DNA of 64,000 nucleotides from Deltaproteobacteria bacterium (lineage in GTDB: Bacteria > Desulfobacterota > Desulfobulbia > Desulfobulbales > Desulfurivibrionaceae), in NCBI GenBank assembly GCA_021847425.1, contig JAJZRF010000005.1, forward strand, positions 13-64,012, given 5' to 3'. Made by a program: the position numbers and the translations under genes. The notes beneath the pieces are model-generated. The model was not told where the DNA came from and searched no databases. It saw nothing but the letters and a program-made list of their open reading frames with translations. Position 1 is the first letter of the stretch, and each line of letters begins with the position of its first letter. This document shows, piece by piece, positions 1-9,764 of the stretch.

Positions 1-538
1 GGGTGCCGATGCCGGTGGAAATCTTGTCCCAGGCAATATTGGAGGTTTCCTTAGTGGGGTCTTCATGGCCGGTGATAAAGGCCACCGAGGCGGTGTATTC
101 CCGATGGGTGATGGGTACGCCCGCATAGGTGGCCGCAGCGGTGGCCGAGGTGACGCCCGGCACCACCTCAAAGGCGATGCCGTGTTTGGCCAGTTCCTCG
201 ATCTCCTCACCGCCCCGGCCAAAGATGAAAGGATCGCCGCCCTTCAGCCGCACCACGATCTTTCCGGCGCTGGCATGATCCACCAGCATCTGGTTGATCT
301 CCTCCTGGGTATGGGCGTGGCACTCCCCGCCCTTTTTTCCGGCGTAGATCAGCTCGGCTTCCTTGGGCACGTATTTGAGCAGCTTGGGGGTGGCCAGGTA
401 GTCGTAGACCAATATCTCGGCCCTTTTAAGAAGCTCCAGCCCTTTCACCGTGATCAGGGTGGGGTCGCCGGGACCGGCGCCGATGAGATAGACCTTGCCC
501 CTGGAACGTGTTGTTTTTTTGTCGTTGTGTGCTGTCAT
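1..538 (-). CDS. cobA: Uroporphyrinogen-III C-methyltransferase (probably CobA/HemD fusion); 5' part only, runs off the window start
   Basis: Not in the ORF track. Manual minus-strand translation from ATG 538 (alt. 550): MTAHNDKKTTRSRGKVYLIGAGPGDPTLITVKG...VVRLKGGDPFIFGRGGEE...VVPGVTSA. Lies directly downstream of hemC. Confidence 0.92.
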   Translation of the reverse strand, partial: MTAHNDKKTTRSRGKVYLIGAGPGDPTLITVKGLELLKRAEILVYDYLATPKLLKYVPKEAELIYAGKKGGECHAHTQEEINQMLVDHASAGKIVVRLKGGDPFIFGRGGEEIEELAKHGIAFEVVPGVTSATAAATYAGVPITHREYTASVAFITGHEDPTKETSNIAWDKISTGIGT

Positions 539-554
539 GATTTTTCTCATTAAC

Positions 555-581
555 AAAAAACCGGCCCGCCTGGCCGGTTTT
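555..581 (-). terminator. Intrinsic terminator-like hairpin between hemC and cobA
   Basis: AAAACCGGCC-cgcct-GGCCGGTTTT 10-bp stem; T-run follows on the minus strand. Confidence 0.55.
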
Positions 582-618
582 GATTCTTATGCTGTCCGAA
601 GGAGGGGCGGATACGCTC

Positions 619-1557
619 TCAGTGCATTTCGTGACCATACACCTCGGAGAGAATCTCCTTGCCGCCTGTCGCCAGCAGCCTTTCCGCCAGTTGCACCCCC
701 AGCCCCTCGGGATTGGCGGTGTCCCCTTGTAAGGAAAGCCGCACCATTTTCTCTCCGGTTACGGAAGCAACCAGGCCGGTCATCTGCAGGGTCTTGTCCT
801 CGACCAGCCGGGCAAATCCGGCGATGGGCACCTGGCAGCCGCCCTGAAGCCGGTGAAGAAAACCGCGTTCCGCCCGAACCGCCAGGGAGGTTTCCTGATG
901 ATCCATGAACATCAGCCCGGCCAGCAGCGTTGAATCGGCTTGGCGCAGTTCGATGCCCACCGCGCCTTGGGCCACGGCAGGCAGCATCTCTTCTTCCGTG
1001 AAAAAAGACTTGGCCCGGTTGCTGAACGACAACCGGTTCAGCCCGGCTGCGGCCAGAATGATCGCATCGTACCGGCCCTCGTCGAGCTTGCGCAGCCGGG
1101 TATCCAGATTCCCCCGCAGGTCTTCAATGACAAGGTCCGGCCGGATATTGGCCAGCTGTGATTTGCGCCGCAGGCTGCTGGTGCCCACGGTGGCGCCCTG
1201 GGGCAGCTCGCGGCAGCTGGTGCATTTATTCGAGATAAAGGCGTCAAGCGGGTTTTCCCGCTTGGTGATGATGCCTATGTGCAACCCTTCGGGCAATTCC
1301 GCAGGCACATCCTTCATGCTGTGCACCGCGATGTCAACCGCACCGGCGAGGAGAGCCTCTTCGATCTCCTTGACGAACAGCCCCTTGCCGCCCACCTTGG
1401 CCAGAGGAACATCAAGGATCTTGTCGCCCTTGGTGATGATCTTCACCAACTCAACCGTGGTTTCCGGATAGCGGCCCTCAATCAGTCCTTTGATCCAATT
1501 GGATTGAGCCAGGGCCAACAGGCTCGCCCGGGTACCGATTCTGATTATTTTCTGCAT
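619..1557 (-). CDS. hemC: Hydroxymethylbilane synthase (porphobilinogen deaminase)
   Basis: IRIGTRASLLALAQ, GGKGLFVKEIE, AVHSMKDVP, GTSSLRR, LRGNLDTRL, GGCQVPI motifs. Confidence 0.97.
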   Translation of the reverse strand: MQKIIRIGTRASLLALAQSNWIKGLIEGRYPETTVELVKIITKGDKILDVPLAKVGGKGLFVKEIEEALLAGAVDIAVHSMKDVPAELPEGLHIGIITKRENPLDAFISNKCTSCRELPQGATVGTSSLRRKSQLANIRPDLVIEDLRGNLDTRLRKLDEGRYDAIILAAAGLNRLSFSNRAKSFFTEEEMLPAVAQGAVGIELRQADSTLLAGLMFMDHQETSLAVRAERGFLHRLQGGCQVPIAGFARLVEDKTLQMTGLVASVTGEKMVRLSLQGDTANPEGLGVQLAERLLATGGKEILSEVYGHEMH

Positions 1558-1593
1558 CAACTGTTCCCCTGGTGTGATTTCGAACAGACCGTT

Positions 1594-1812
1594 TTAATGA
1601 CAGGTGGTGCAACTTCCGCCTGCACAGCCGGAACATCTGTTGCCGCCCGAGGTGCCCGAGCTCTCCTTGGTGCCGGTACGGCTGGCAAAGGTGGACATCT
1701 GCTTGCTCAGCTCCTTGCTGCCGCATTGCGGACAGGCTGGCTGCTCCTTGCCCATGACCAGTGCCTCGAAACCATGTCCGCAACCGCGGCAGACAAAATC
1801 ATGCAAGGGCAT
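1594..1812 (-). CDS. FmdB-family zinc ribbon protein
   Basis: MPLHDFVCRGCGHGFE...CPQCGS...KQMSTF followed by Cys-rich tail CSGCAGGSCTTCH; start trimmed to MPLH. Confidence 0.85.
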   Translation of the reverse strand: MPLHDFVCRGCGHGFEALVMGKEQPACPQCGSKELSKQMSTFASRTGTKESSGTSGGNRCSGCAGGSCTTCH

Positions 1813-1861
1813 GGAGGCGACTCCGTTCTTTATCTTTTTTCCGCTGATTGCGCAAGATAAC

Positions 1862-2824
1862 TCATTCTCCGGCAACATTTTGTTGCAGATGATCGAGCAG
1901 GGCAGCGGCCAGGAGCGGGATCAGAAGCTCATGGTGGCCGATGATATTGTAGCCCTTGCCGCCCCCCATGGTCGGCCGGTTGACCACGTTGGTCATGGTC
2001 CGGTAATGGCGGATAAAATCGAAGTTGGCCGTGGTGAAATTGTTCACCACATGCCCCAGGTTGCGGGCCACGGTGAGGGCCTTTAAAAAAACCTCGGGCA
2101 GGAGCACGGCGGAACCGAGGTTAAGGTAGGCGCCGCCCTCCAGCTCGGCAACCAGGGAGCAGAAGAGCCGGAAATCCTGATGGCTGGTCTGGCCGATGGC
2201 CGCGCCGTTGGCGGAAGGGTGGATGTGGACGATGTCGGTGCCCATGGCCACATGCACGGTGAGCGGAATCCCCAGCCGCTTGGCCGTGGCCAGCAGACTC
2301 ATGTTGTTGTACGGGAAATTCTGGGCCAGCAGATACTCGCCTAACCCCTCGCCCAGGCCAAGTCCTTTTTCCGCGCCAAGGTTGATCCCGGCGTTGACCA
2401 CCTCGCCGGTCTCCCTGGCCGCGCCAAAGGCACCGCTGCCCAGCACGTCGCCCACCTCTTCCGAGGTGCGGCCCACCATGGCGATCTCGGTGTCATGGAC
2501 GATGCCGGCGCCATTGAGGGCAATGGCGCTGATGATGCCCCGCTCCATGAGGTCGATGAGGATGGGATTCAAGCCCACCTTGATCACATGGGCGCCCATG
2601 CCGACCACGATGGGGTGCCCATTAAGATGGCTGGCGGCCAGCCGTCCGACCAGCTCGGGAAAATCCAGGCCCAGAAGCTGTTTTGGCAGGGAGGCGATGA
2701 ATTCCTTGAGCGTGGAGCCGGGCAAAAGCGGCTTGGCGAAATTATCCACCGTGACCTTGCTGTAACGGTCGTGGATCGAATAGGTGTTGAGGCCGGAAAA
2801 ATCCAGAGGCTGGTATTTTTTCAT
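1862..2824 (-). CDS. Conserved hypothetical protein, deoxyhypusine synthase-like fold
   Basis: GMGAHVIKVGL, ALNGAGIVHD, TVHVAMGTDIVH, NLGSAVLLPEVFLKA, GHHELLIPLL; start trimmed to MKKYQ. Confidence 0.65.
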   Translation of the reverse strand: MKKYQPLDFSGLNTYSIHDRYSKVTVDNFAKPLLPGSTLKEFIASLPKQLLGLDFPELVGRLAASHLNGHPIVVGMGAHVIKVGLNPILIDLMERGIISAIALNGAGIVHDTEIAMVGRTSEEVGDVLGSGAFGAARETGEVVNAGINLGAEKGLGLGEGLGEYLLAQNFPYNNMSLLATAKRLGIPLTVHVAMGTDIVHIHPSANGAAIGQTSHQDFRLFCSLVAELEGGAYLNLGSAVLLPEVFLKALTVARNLGHVVNNFTTANFDFIRHYRTMTNVVNRPTMGGGKGYNIIGHHELLIPLLAAALLDHLQQNVAGE

Positions 2825-2840
2825 GAGATTGTCCAGGAAA

Positions 2841-3425
2841 TTAGGCGGAAACGCCGCGGCCGTACAACGCCTCATCCACGATCTGGCAGAGCAGGTGCTC
2901 CACCCAGAGATGCGCCTCCTGGATGGCCGGAGTCACCTGCGAGGGCACGTTGATGGTCAGGTCTGCCAGGGTGATGAGCCTGCCGCCGTCCTTGCCGGTG
3001 AGCACCGCGGTTTGCATGCCCAGCCCCTTGGCCGCCTCCACCGCCTTGATGACATTGGGCGAGTTACCGCTCGTTGAGATGCCCAGAGCCAGATCCCCTT
3101 CTTTGCCCAAAGCCAGAATCTGTTTGCTGAAGATATCGTCGAAGGAAAAGTCGTTGCCGATGCTGGTCAGGATGGAGCTGTCCGTGGTCAGAGCGATGGC
3201 GGCCAGGGGTGGCCGGTCGATCATGAAGCGGTTGACGAATTCGGCCGCCATGTGCTGGGCATCCGCGGCGCTGCCGCCGTTGCCGAAGATCAGCAGCTTG
3301 TTGCCGCGCTTGATGGTATCGATCATCCGTTGGGCCAGCTGCTTGATGGTGTCGCGCTGACTGACAGCCAACGCTTCTTTGGCGGCAAGGGAATGTTGCA
3401 GACTTTCGCTGATAAGACGGTCCAT
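2841..3425 (-). CDS. gmhA: D-sedoheptulose 7-phosphate isomerase
   Basis: FGNGGSAADAQHMAAEF, SIGNDFSF, GISTSGNSPN, IQEAH motifs. Confidence 0.96.
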   Translation of the reverse strand: MDRLISESLQHSLAAKEALAVSQRDTIKQLAQRMIDTIKRGNKLLIFGNGGSAADAQHMAAEFVNRFMIDRPPLAAIALTTDSSILTSIGNDFSFDDIFSKQILALGKEGDLALGISTSGNSPNVIKAVEAAKGLGMQTAVLTGKDGGRLITLADLTINVPSQVTPAIQEAHLWVEHLLCQIVDEALYGRGVSA

Positions 3426-3472
3426 GAATACCTCTTGGGAATAAAAGGACTGGAACAAAAAAAGTTGGCGGA

Positions 3473-3501
3473 AGCTTAGTACAGAGGAGATTCTTTGTCA
3501 A
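3473..3501 (-). promoter_or_regulatory. Putative sigma70 promoter for gmhA and downstream genes
   Basis: Minus strand TTGACA-N17-TAAGCT, about 50 nt upstream of the gmhA ATG. Confidence 0.5.
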
Positions 3502-3523
3502 CAAACAGGGTGGAATCGCGGCC

Positions 3524-4357
3524 CTACACCCTGAGGCGCATGCTGATATCCACGGCCCTGGCGGAATGGGTGAGCGCCCCCACGGAGATGAGATCAACCC
3601 CGGTTTCGGCAATCTCCCGGACATTGGCGAGATTTACTCCGCCGGAGGCCTCTACCAGAGCCCGGCCGGAAATCAGGCTCACGGCCTGACGCATCAGGGC
3701 AGGGGCCATGTTGTCCAGCATGATGATCTCGACCCCGCAGGCCAGACATTCCTCAACCTGGGCGAGATTTTCGGTTTCCACCTCGATCTTCAGGGTATGC
3801 GGCGCCTTGTCCCGAAGGATTTGTACCGCCTGGGTGATGGAGCCGCAGGCCGCGATGTGGTTGTCCTTGAGCAGGATGCCGTCTGCCAGACTGAACCGGT
3901 GGTTGTGGCCCCCGCCGGCCCGCACCGCGTATTTCTCATAAGCCCTGAGGCCAGGGGTGGTCTTGCGGGTGTCGATGATCCTGACCGGCAGCCCCTCGAC
4001 TTCACGGACAAACGCGGCGGTCAGGGTGGCGATGCCGCTCATCCGCTGCACCAGATTGAGAGCCAGCCGCTCAGCGCTGAGCAGATCCCGCACCGGACCT
4101 TGCGCGGAAAAGATTTGCTCGCCTGAGCGGACTGCCGCGCCGTCTTTCTTCATGGCCGCACAGACAATTTTGGGATTGCGGGTGGCAAACACCAAGGGAG
4201 CGATTTCGTCGAGCCCGGCCACCACGAAGTCTTCCTTGGCGACGAAGACGGCCTTTCCTTCCTGAATCGGCCCGAACACCGAATCGGTGGTGATGTCGCC
4301 CAGGCCGATGTCCTCCTCAAGAAACTGCTGCAGCTGCCTTGTCACATGTGTGTCCAT
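3524..4357 (-). CDS. nadC: Nicotinate-nucleotide diphosphorylase (carboxylating)
   Basis: EDIGLGDITT, RMSGIATLT, DTRKTTPGLR, LLKDNH, IMLDNM, EASGGV, ISVGALTHS. Confidence 0.97.
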   Translation of the reverse strand: MDTHVTRQLQQFLEEDIGLGDITTDSVFGPIQEGKAVFVAKEDFVVAGLDEIAPLVFATRNPKIVCAAMKKDGAAVRSGEQIFSAQGPVRDLLSAERLALNLVQRMSGIATLTAAFVREVEGLPVRIIDTRKTTPGLRAYEKYAVRAGGGHNHRFSLADGILLKDNHIAACGSITQAVQILRDKAPHTLKIEVETENLAQVEECLACGVEIIMLDNMAPALMRQAVSLISGRALVEASGGVNLANVREIAETGVDLISVGALTHSARAVDISMRLRV

Positions 4358-4464
4358 ACCACGCTCCCGGATCGCCCTTATCGTTATCGCACGAAAATCT
4401 CTTGATATCTGCCCGGCAGGCCCCATGTCAAGAAGAAAGGGGGACTAACGAGATGTTTCAATGT

Positions 4465-4570
4465 TTGTTGAAATCGCAAAAAACCGCGATTACAACGGTT
4501 ATTGCTTTATAACTTATTGAGTTGTGTCGCGGACCTGGAACTTTTTGAGGTTGTTGCAAGACCTCCAATG
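4465..4570. repeat. Dispersed ~100-bp hairpin repeat, copy 1 (copy 2 at 9613-9730)
   Basis: TTGTTGAAATCGC-A-rich loop-GCGATTACAACGGTT...AACTTATTGAGTT...GCGGACCTG..ACTTTTTG aligns by eye with 9613-9730. Confidence 0.7.
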
Positions 4571-4747
4571 TTTGCTGGCAAATTGGCCGGGCCTATGGTA
4601 CAGAGAGATTCTGTTTGAGTAAAGTCAATGACTTCGGGGGGTTGGATGCATGATTTTTCCGTGCTCAATATTTTTCTGCTGGTCCTTGGTTGCGGGTTGC
4701 CCGGGTTTGCCACCCTGGTCGGCTACGGCCTCTTGGTGAAATAAGCC

Positions 4748-6004
4748 ATGTTCACCTTTCTCCATGGTGCGGATATCCATCTCGACAGCCCGTTGCGCGG
4801 CCTGGAGTCTTACGCCGATGCCCCGGTTGATCAAATCCGCCAGGCGACGAGAAGGGCGTTCGACAACCTGATCGCCCTGGCCATTGAGGAGCGGGTCGCC
4901 TTTGTGCTTTTGTCCGGTGATCTCTACGATGGAGAGTGGAAGGATTACAATACCGGCCTGTTCTTTGTCAATCGCATGGGCATGCTGCGCAAGGAGAATA
5001 TCCGGGTCTTTTTGGTCTCCGGCAACCATGACGCGGCAAGCCAGATCACCAAATCCCTGCGCTTGCCGGACAATGTCCACCTCTTTTCCACCAAACAGCC
5101 CGAGACCGTAATCTTCGAAGAGTTGGGGGTTGCGGTGCATGGCCAAGGCTACCACACCAGGGGGCTGGCCGAAAACATCGCCCGCAATTATCCCCAGGCT
5201 CTGCCGCATTATCTGAACATCGGGTTGCTCCACACCTCCCTCACCGGCAGACAGGGACATGAGCCCTATGCCCCGTGCACCCTCGACGATCTTTTGGCCT
5301 GCGGCTATGATTACTGGGCCCTTGGCCATGTCCACCAGCGGGAGGAAGTGAGCCGCTCCCCCTGGATCGTTTTCCCCGGCAATATCCAAGGCAGACACAT
5401 CCATGAGACCGGGGCCAAAGGAGCCACCCTGGTGCGGGTGGAGGAGGGGCGCATCAATGCGGTCGAGCACCGCGAGCTTGACGTGCTGCGCTGGTCCCTG
5501 TGCCGGGTCGATCTCTCGGTCTGCGCTACGATGGATTTGGCCATTGACGCTGTCCGGCAGGCCATGGAAACGGAACAAGCTCACGCCGAGGGAAGGCCCC
5601 TGGCGATTCGTCTGCAACTGATTGGTGAAACCCAGGTTCATGCCGAGCTCCACCGGGAATCCGCGTCCCTGACCGAAGAATTCCGCGCCCTTGCCGCAGG
5701 GCTGGGCGAGATGTGGCTGGAAAAGGTGGCCTTTGCCACCCACCGTCCCGTGACGCTTGACGAAAGCCTCGGGACGGAAACGCCCATGGCTGATCTGATC
5801 CAGGCCATTGACCGGTTGGATTTCCAGCCCGCAGCGCTCATGGAGCTGATCCCGGAGATCGGGATGCTCCGGAGTAAATTGCCGCCGGAACTTCTGCATG
5901 AGGGCGAGCTGATAGCTGCCTCTCCGGGCGGGGCAAGCTCTCTCGGCGAAGAGGTCAAGGAGCTGCTCATCGCCAGACTGCTGGGACAGGGGACAAGCCG
6001 GTGA
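4748..6004 (+). CDS. SbcD/Mre11-like DNA repair exonuclease (YhaO-type metallophosphoesterase)
   Basis: HGADIHLDSP, SGDLYDG, SGNHDA, LLHTS, WALGHVH, PGNIQGRH phosphoesterase motifs. Confidence 0.9.
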   Translation: MFTFLHGADIHLDSPLRGLESYADAPVDQIRQATRRAFDNLIALAIEERVAFVLLSGDLYDGEWKDYNTGLFFVNRMGMLRKENIRVFLVSGNHDAASQITKSLRLPDNVHLFSTKQPETVIFEELGVAVHGQGYHTRGLAENIARNYPQALPHYLNIGLLHTSLTGRQGHEPYAPCTLDDLLACGYDYWALGHVHQREEVSRSPWIVFPGNIQGRHIHETGAKGATLVRVEEGRINAVEHRELDVLRWSLCRVDLSVCATMDLAIDAVRQAMETEQAHAEGRPLAIRLQLIGETQVHAELHRESASLTEEFRALAAGLGEMWLEKVAFATHRPVTLDESLGTETPMADLIQAIDRLDFQPAALMELIPEIGMLRSKLPPELLHEGELIAASPGGASSLGEEVKELLIARLLGQGTSR

Positions 6005-9000
6005 GGATTGCCAGACTCGAACTCAAGGCCTTTGGCCGTTTCACCGAGCGCACCCTGACTCTGGGCCCCGGTCTGCACATCGTGCACGGCCCCAACGAGG
6101 CGGGGAAAAGCACCACCCTGCGGGCGCTCAAGGCGTGGCTTTTCGGGTTTCCCGAAAGAACCCGCGACAACTTCCTCCACGCCAACGACCAATTGCTGGT
6201 GGGCGGATGCCTGGAGACGGAAGATGGCCGGGAACTGGCCTTTTACCGGCGCAAAAAACGAAAGGACGATCTTCTTGGTCTGGATGGCAACCCGCTTGCC
6301 GCAGGTGCGCTGGCCGGATTTCTGCCCATGGCCGAGCAGGCGGTTTTTGAATCGCTGTATGGCTTGAGCCACGAGGATCTCATCCGGGGCGGGGAGGATA
6401 TCCTGGTCCAGAAGGGCGAGGTGGGCCAGGCCCTGTTTTCCGCCGGATCAGGGATTTCTTCCCTGCGCGGAGTTCTCGCCGGGCTGGAAAGCGAAGCCGA
6501 GTCCCTGTTCACGGCGCGCGGCACCAAACGGGAGATCAACGAGGCCCTGGCAGCCTATAAGGAAACGCAAAAAATCGTGCGTGATTTCTCCCTTTCCAGC
6601 CGGGAGTGGCACGAACTCAACAACAGTTTGGCCGAGGCACAGGCGGCCCTCCAAGCCATTGAGGAGCAACATGGGGCAAAAGACCGGCGCAGGCGGCAAT
6701 TGGAGCGCATCCACCAACTGTTGCCCCAGCTTGCCCTGCGCAATGCCCTGCGGCAACAACTTGCCGGATTGGGCGAGGTTGCGGAGCTGCCGGCTGATTT
6801 TTCCGCCCGACGCCAGGAGGTTGAAAGAGCGCTCCACACCCTGACACGCCGGGAGGCAGACCTTGCCGGAAAACTGGCCCAGCGCGAGAGAATGACTGCT
6901 ACCTCCCCGTATCAGGCGGTGCTCGAGGCGGAGGATGCCATTGAGGATTTGCACCAGCGTCTGGGCAGTTACAATACGGCCAGAAAGGACCTGCCCGAGC
7001 GCGAGGGGATGCGGATCAGCTGCAAGAGCGAGGCTTCGGAGTATTTGAAGATGGTGCGCCAGGATATATCCCTGGAACAGGTGGAATCCCTCCGGCCTGT
7101 TTCCGGCCGGAGAAAGATCATCGGGGATCTGGCCGCCCGGCATGAAGGGTTGCAGCAGGGGATTGCCCAGACAGAAAAAAGCCTGCGGGAGATTCAGCGG
7201 GAGATCACGGTAATCGACGGCGAACTCGCCCTGCTCCCCGAAGCAAAAGATGCAGCAGGCTTGAGCCAGGCTTGCCGTCTTGCCCAAAAGGGTGGGGCAA
7301 TCGATGAGGATCTGACTGCCCGGGCGCGGCTGATCGAGGATAAAAAACGTGACTGTCTTGTTGCCCTGGACAGGCTTACCCTTTGGTCCGGCGGTCTCGA
7401 AGGGTTTTTATCCCTAAGCTTGCCCCTGCTCGAAACTGTGCAAAAATACGAGACGGCTTTTCAAATCCATGATGAACGGCAGAGAGATATCCAGAAGGAA
7501 AGGGAACGGCTGCACAAAGAGCTGGATGAGACGCTCGCTGGCATCCGGCAGCTTGAAACCTCGGGAAGCACACCAACGGAAGAAGAGCTCGTCCTGATCC
7601 GGAGCCAACGCGACCGGGGCTGGGAGCTTCTCCGCCGACAGTGGCTTGAAGGCGAAGATCTCGCCGGGGAAGATGATGCGTTCGGGCCGGGTCTGCCTTT
7701 GCCCGAGGCCTTTGAAAAAAAGATGGCCTTGGCGGATACCATGGCGGATCGTCTCCGGTATGAAGCAGACCGGGTCCAGGTCTTCGCGGCCCTACGCACA
7801 AGACAACAGAGCCTCACCGAGGCCCTTGCCGAGCTGGAAACAGCGGCGGCACAAAATGCCTTTGCCCGCACGGCCCTGGACACGGAGTGGCACAGCCATT
7901 GGGACCCGTGCGCCATTATTCCGCTTTCCCCGAAAGAGATGCTGGCCTGGCTCGTCAAGGCCGTTGCGTTGAGGGGCAGGATTGAGGAGCTTCAAACCGA
8001 TGAGCGTGAGCTGGCACGAAAGGGGGCCGAGCGACAGGAGCTGAAAAAAGCCTTGTCCAGCGAACTTGCGCTGTTCTCCGAAACGCAGCCTGCAGAAACG
8101 GTCAAGAGCGAACTTCACCCCCTTATCCTTCAAGGAGAGGCGGTTCTTTCCCGGCTCACGGCCCTTGAGGACAAACGGAGCCGGCTCCTTGAAAAAAAGG
8201 CGGCTTCCCTGAAAAACGCCAGGCTGGCGGAGGGGAAGAAGGCTGATTTTTCTGAAGAGCTGGCGGCCTGGCGGCGGCAATGGCAGGAGGTGGTTGCTGA
8301 TCTTGGAGGCGGCAGGGATATCCATCCTGGCGAGGCAGGGGATCTTCTGGACAATCTGCGCAGCTGTTTTACCAAACTGAAGGAGGCCGAAGAGCTGCGC
8401 AAACGCATCGATGGCATGGCGCGCGACATCCGGCTATTCGAGGAGGCCGCCTTGTCTCTAGCTAAAAAGATTTCCCCTGCCTGCGTGGACCAGTCGGCAG
8501 GGGAAATCGTGGCGCAGCTCAAGACCCTACTTAATCAGGCCCGGACAGATCGAACCATCCGGGAAGAACATCTCGAGAAAGAGAAACAAGAGGCAAAGGA
8601 AGTGATCCTCCTGGCCGGGGAACGGAAAGATCTGGAGCATGCGCTTGCGGAACTCTGCCGACTGGCCGGGAAGGTGTTACCGGAGGAACTGGAGGCCGCG
8701 GAGAAGCGCTCCGCCCAGTTTCGCAGCCTTGTTGCAAGCCTCGCGCAAACCGAGAAAATTCTCATCGAGGGAGCGGGCGGCCTTCCCCTTGCCGACCTGG
8801 AGGCTCAGGCAGCGAAGATCGACCCGGAGGCCCTCCCCGAGGAAATCGCCCGGCTGACCCAGGAAATCGAGCAGGAGCTGGCCCCGGAGAGCAAGCACCT
8901 CTCCGTGCTCATCGGAGAAAAACGAAACCAGCTCCGGCAGATGGACGGCAACGCCAGGGCTGCCGAGGCTGCGGAGCAGGGCGCCCAGCTGCTTGCCAAA

Positions 9001-9504
9001 ATACGACGGCTGGCTGAGCGCTATATCCAGCTCAAGGTGGCCGGGCATGTCCTGAAAAGCGAGATCGAACGGTTCCGTAGCGAAAACCAGACCCCGGTGC
9101 TGGCCATCACCTCCCGGTATTTCAGCGAACTCACCCTGGGCTCCTTTGCCGGCTTGCTGACCGATGAAAACGATCAGGGCGAGCCGGTATTGGTCGGCAC
9201 ACGACCAAACGGCGCCAGGGTTTTTGTGGAACGGATGAGCTCCGGTACCAGGGACCAGCTCTATCTTGCCCTGCGTCTGGCCTCCTTGGAGTGGCGTCTG
9301 GCCGGCCATGAACCAATGCCCTTCATCCTGGACGACATCCTGGTGAACGCGGACGATGCCCGTTCCCGTGCCGCCCTGAAGATATTGGCAGAACTGGCCG
9401 CCGGAACCCAGGTCATCCTTTTTACCCACCATCGCCGGATTGTTGAGGAGGCGCTGCAGCTTGCCTCAGTATCCGAAATCCAGGTGCATGAGTTGGGGGC
9501 ATGA
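6001..9504 (+). CDS. SbcC/Rad50-like coiled-coil ATPase (YhaN-type)
   Basis: Walker A GPNEAGKST, long coiled coil, signature MSSGTRDQLYLALRLA, Walker B PFILDDILVN, FTHH; GTGA overlap with the nuclease gene. Confidence 0.9.
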   Translation: MRIARLELKAFGRFTERTLTLGPGLHIVHGPNEAGKSTTLRALKAWLFGFPERTRDNFLHANDQLLVGGCLETEDGRELAFYRRKKRKDDLLGLDGNPLAAGALAGFLPMAEQAVFESLYGLSHEDLIRGGEDILVQKGEVGQALFSAGSGISSLRGVLAGLESEAESLFTARGTKREINEALAAYKETQKIVRDFSLSSREWHELNNSLAEAQAALQAIEEQHGAKDRRRRQLERIHQLLPQLALRNALRQQLAGLGEVAELPADFSARRQEVERALHTLTRREADLAGKLAQRERMTATSPYQAVLEAEDAIEDLHQRLGSYNTARKDLPEREGMRISCKSEASEYLKMVRQDISLEQVESLRPVSGRRKIIGDLAARHEGLQQGIAQTEKSLREIQREITVIDGELALLPEAKDAAGLSQACRLAQKGGAIDEDLTARARLIEDKKRDCLVALDRLTLWSGGLEGFLSLSLPLLETVQKYETAFQIHDERQRDIQKERERLHKELDETLAGIRQLETSGSTPTEEELVLIRSQRDRGWELLRRQWLEGEDLAGEDDAFGPGLPLPEAFEKKMALADTMADRLRYEADRVQVFAALRTRQQSLTEALAELETAAAQNAFARTALDTEWHSHWDPCAIIPLSPKEMLAWLVKAVALRGRIEELQTDERELARKGAERQELKKALSSELALFSETQPAETVKSELHPLILQGEAVLSRLTALEDKRSRLLEKKAASLKNARLAEGKKADFSEELAAWRRQWQEVVADLGGGRDIHPGEAGDLLDNLRSCFTKLKEAEELRKRIDGMARDIRLFEEAALSLAKKISPACVDQSAGEIVAQLKTLLNQARTDRTIREEHLEKEKQEAKEVILLAGERKDLEHALAELCRLAGKVLPEELEAAEKRSAQFRSLVASLAQTEKILIEGAGGLPLADLEAQAAKIDPEALPEEIARLTQEIEQELAPESKHLSVLIGEKRNQLRQMDGNARAAEAAEQGAQLLAKIRRLAERYIQLKVAGHVLKSEIERFRSENQTPVLAITSRYFSELTLGSFAGLLTDENDQGEPVLVGTRPNGARVFVERMSSGTRDQLYLALRLASLEWRLAGHEPMPFILDDILVNADDARSRAALKILAELAAGTQVILFTHHRRIVEEALQLASVSEIQVHELGA

Positions 9505-9612
9505 AGAAAGCATCATTTTTCAGGAACATTTATCCTGCCGCGCGTGTCTGAGAGACGTGGCGCTTGACAATCGCAGTTCAGTTGCCGGTAACGGTTTGAC
9601 CCCATCGCGTTA

Positions 9613-9730
9613 TTGTTGTAATCGCAGAAAAAAAAAGATGCAATTACAACGGTTCTTGCTTCGTTGCTGTAACTTGTTGAGTTTATCTTGCGGACCTGTG
9701 ACTTTTTGTGGGTGTTACGAGTCCATCATT
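9613..9730. repeat. Dispersed ~100-bp hairpin repeat, copy 2
   Basis: TTGTTGTAATCGCA-loop-TGCAATTACAACGGTT...AACTTGTTGAGTT...GCGGACCTGTGACTTTTTG; same orientation as copy 1. Confidence 0.7.
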
Positions 9731-9764
9731 ATGCAACCCCAATCGAGGAAGGAGATTTCACGCC

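Noticed and set aside
3479-4612. Shared 14-15-nt word GTACAGAG(G)AGATTCT at about 3479 and 4598
   Set aside because: Only two short imperfect copies with no symmetry; could be chance.
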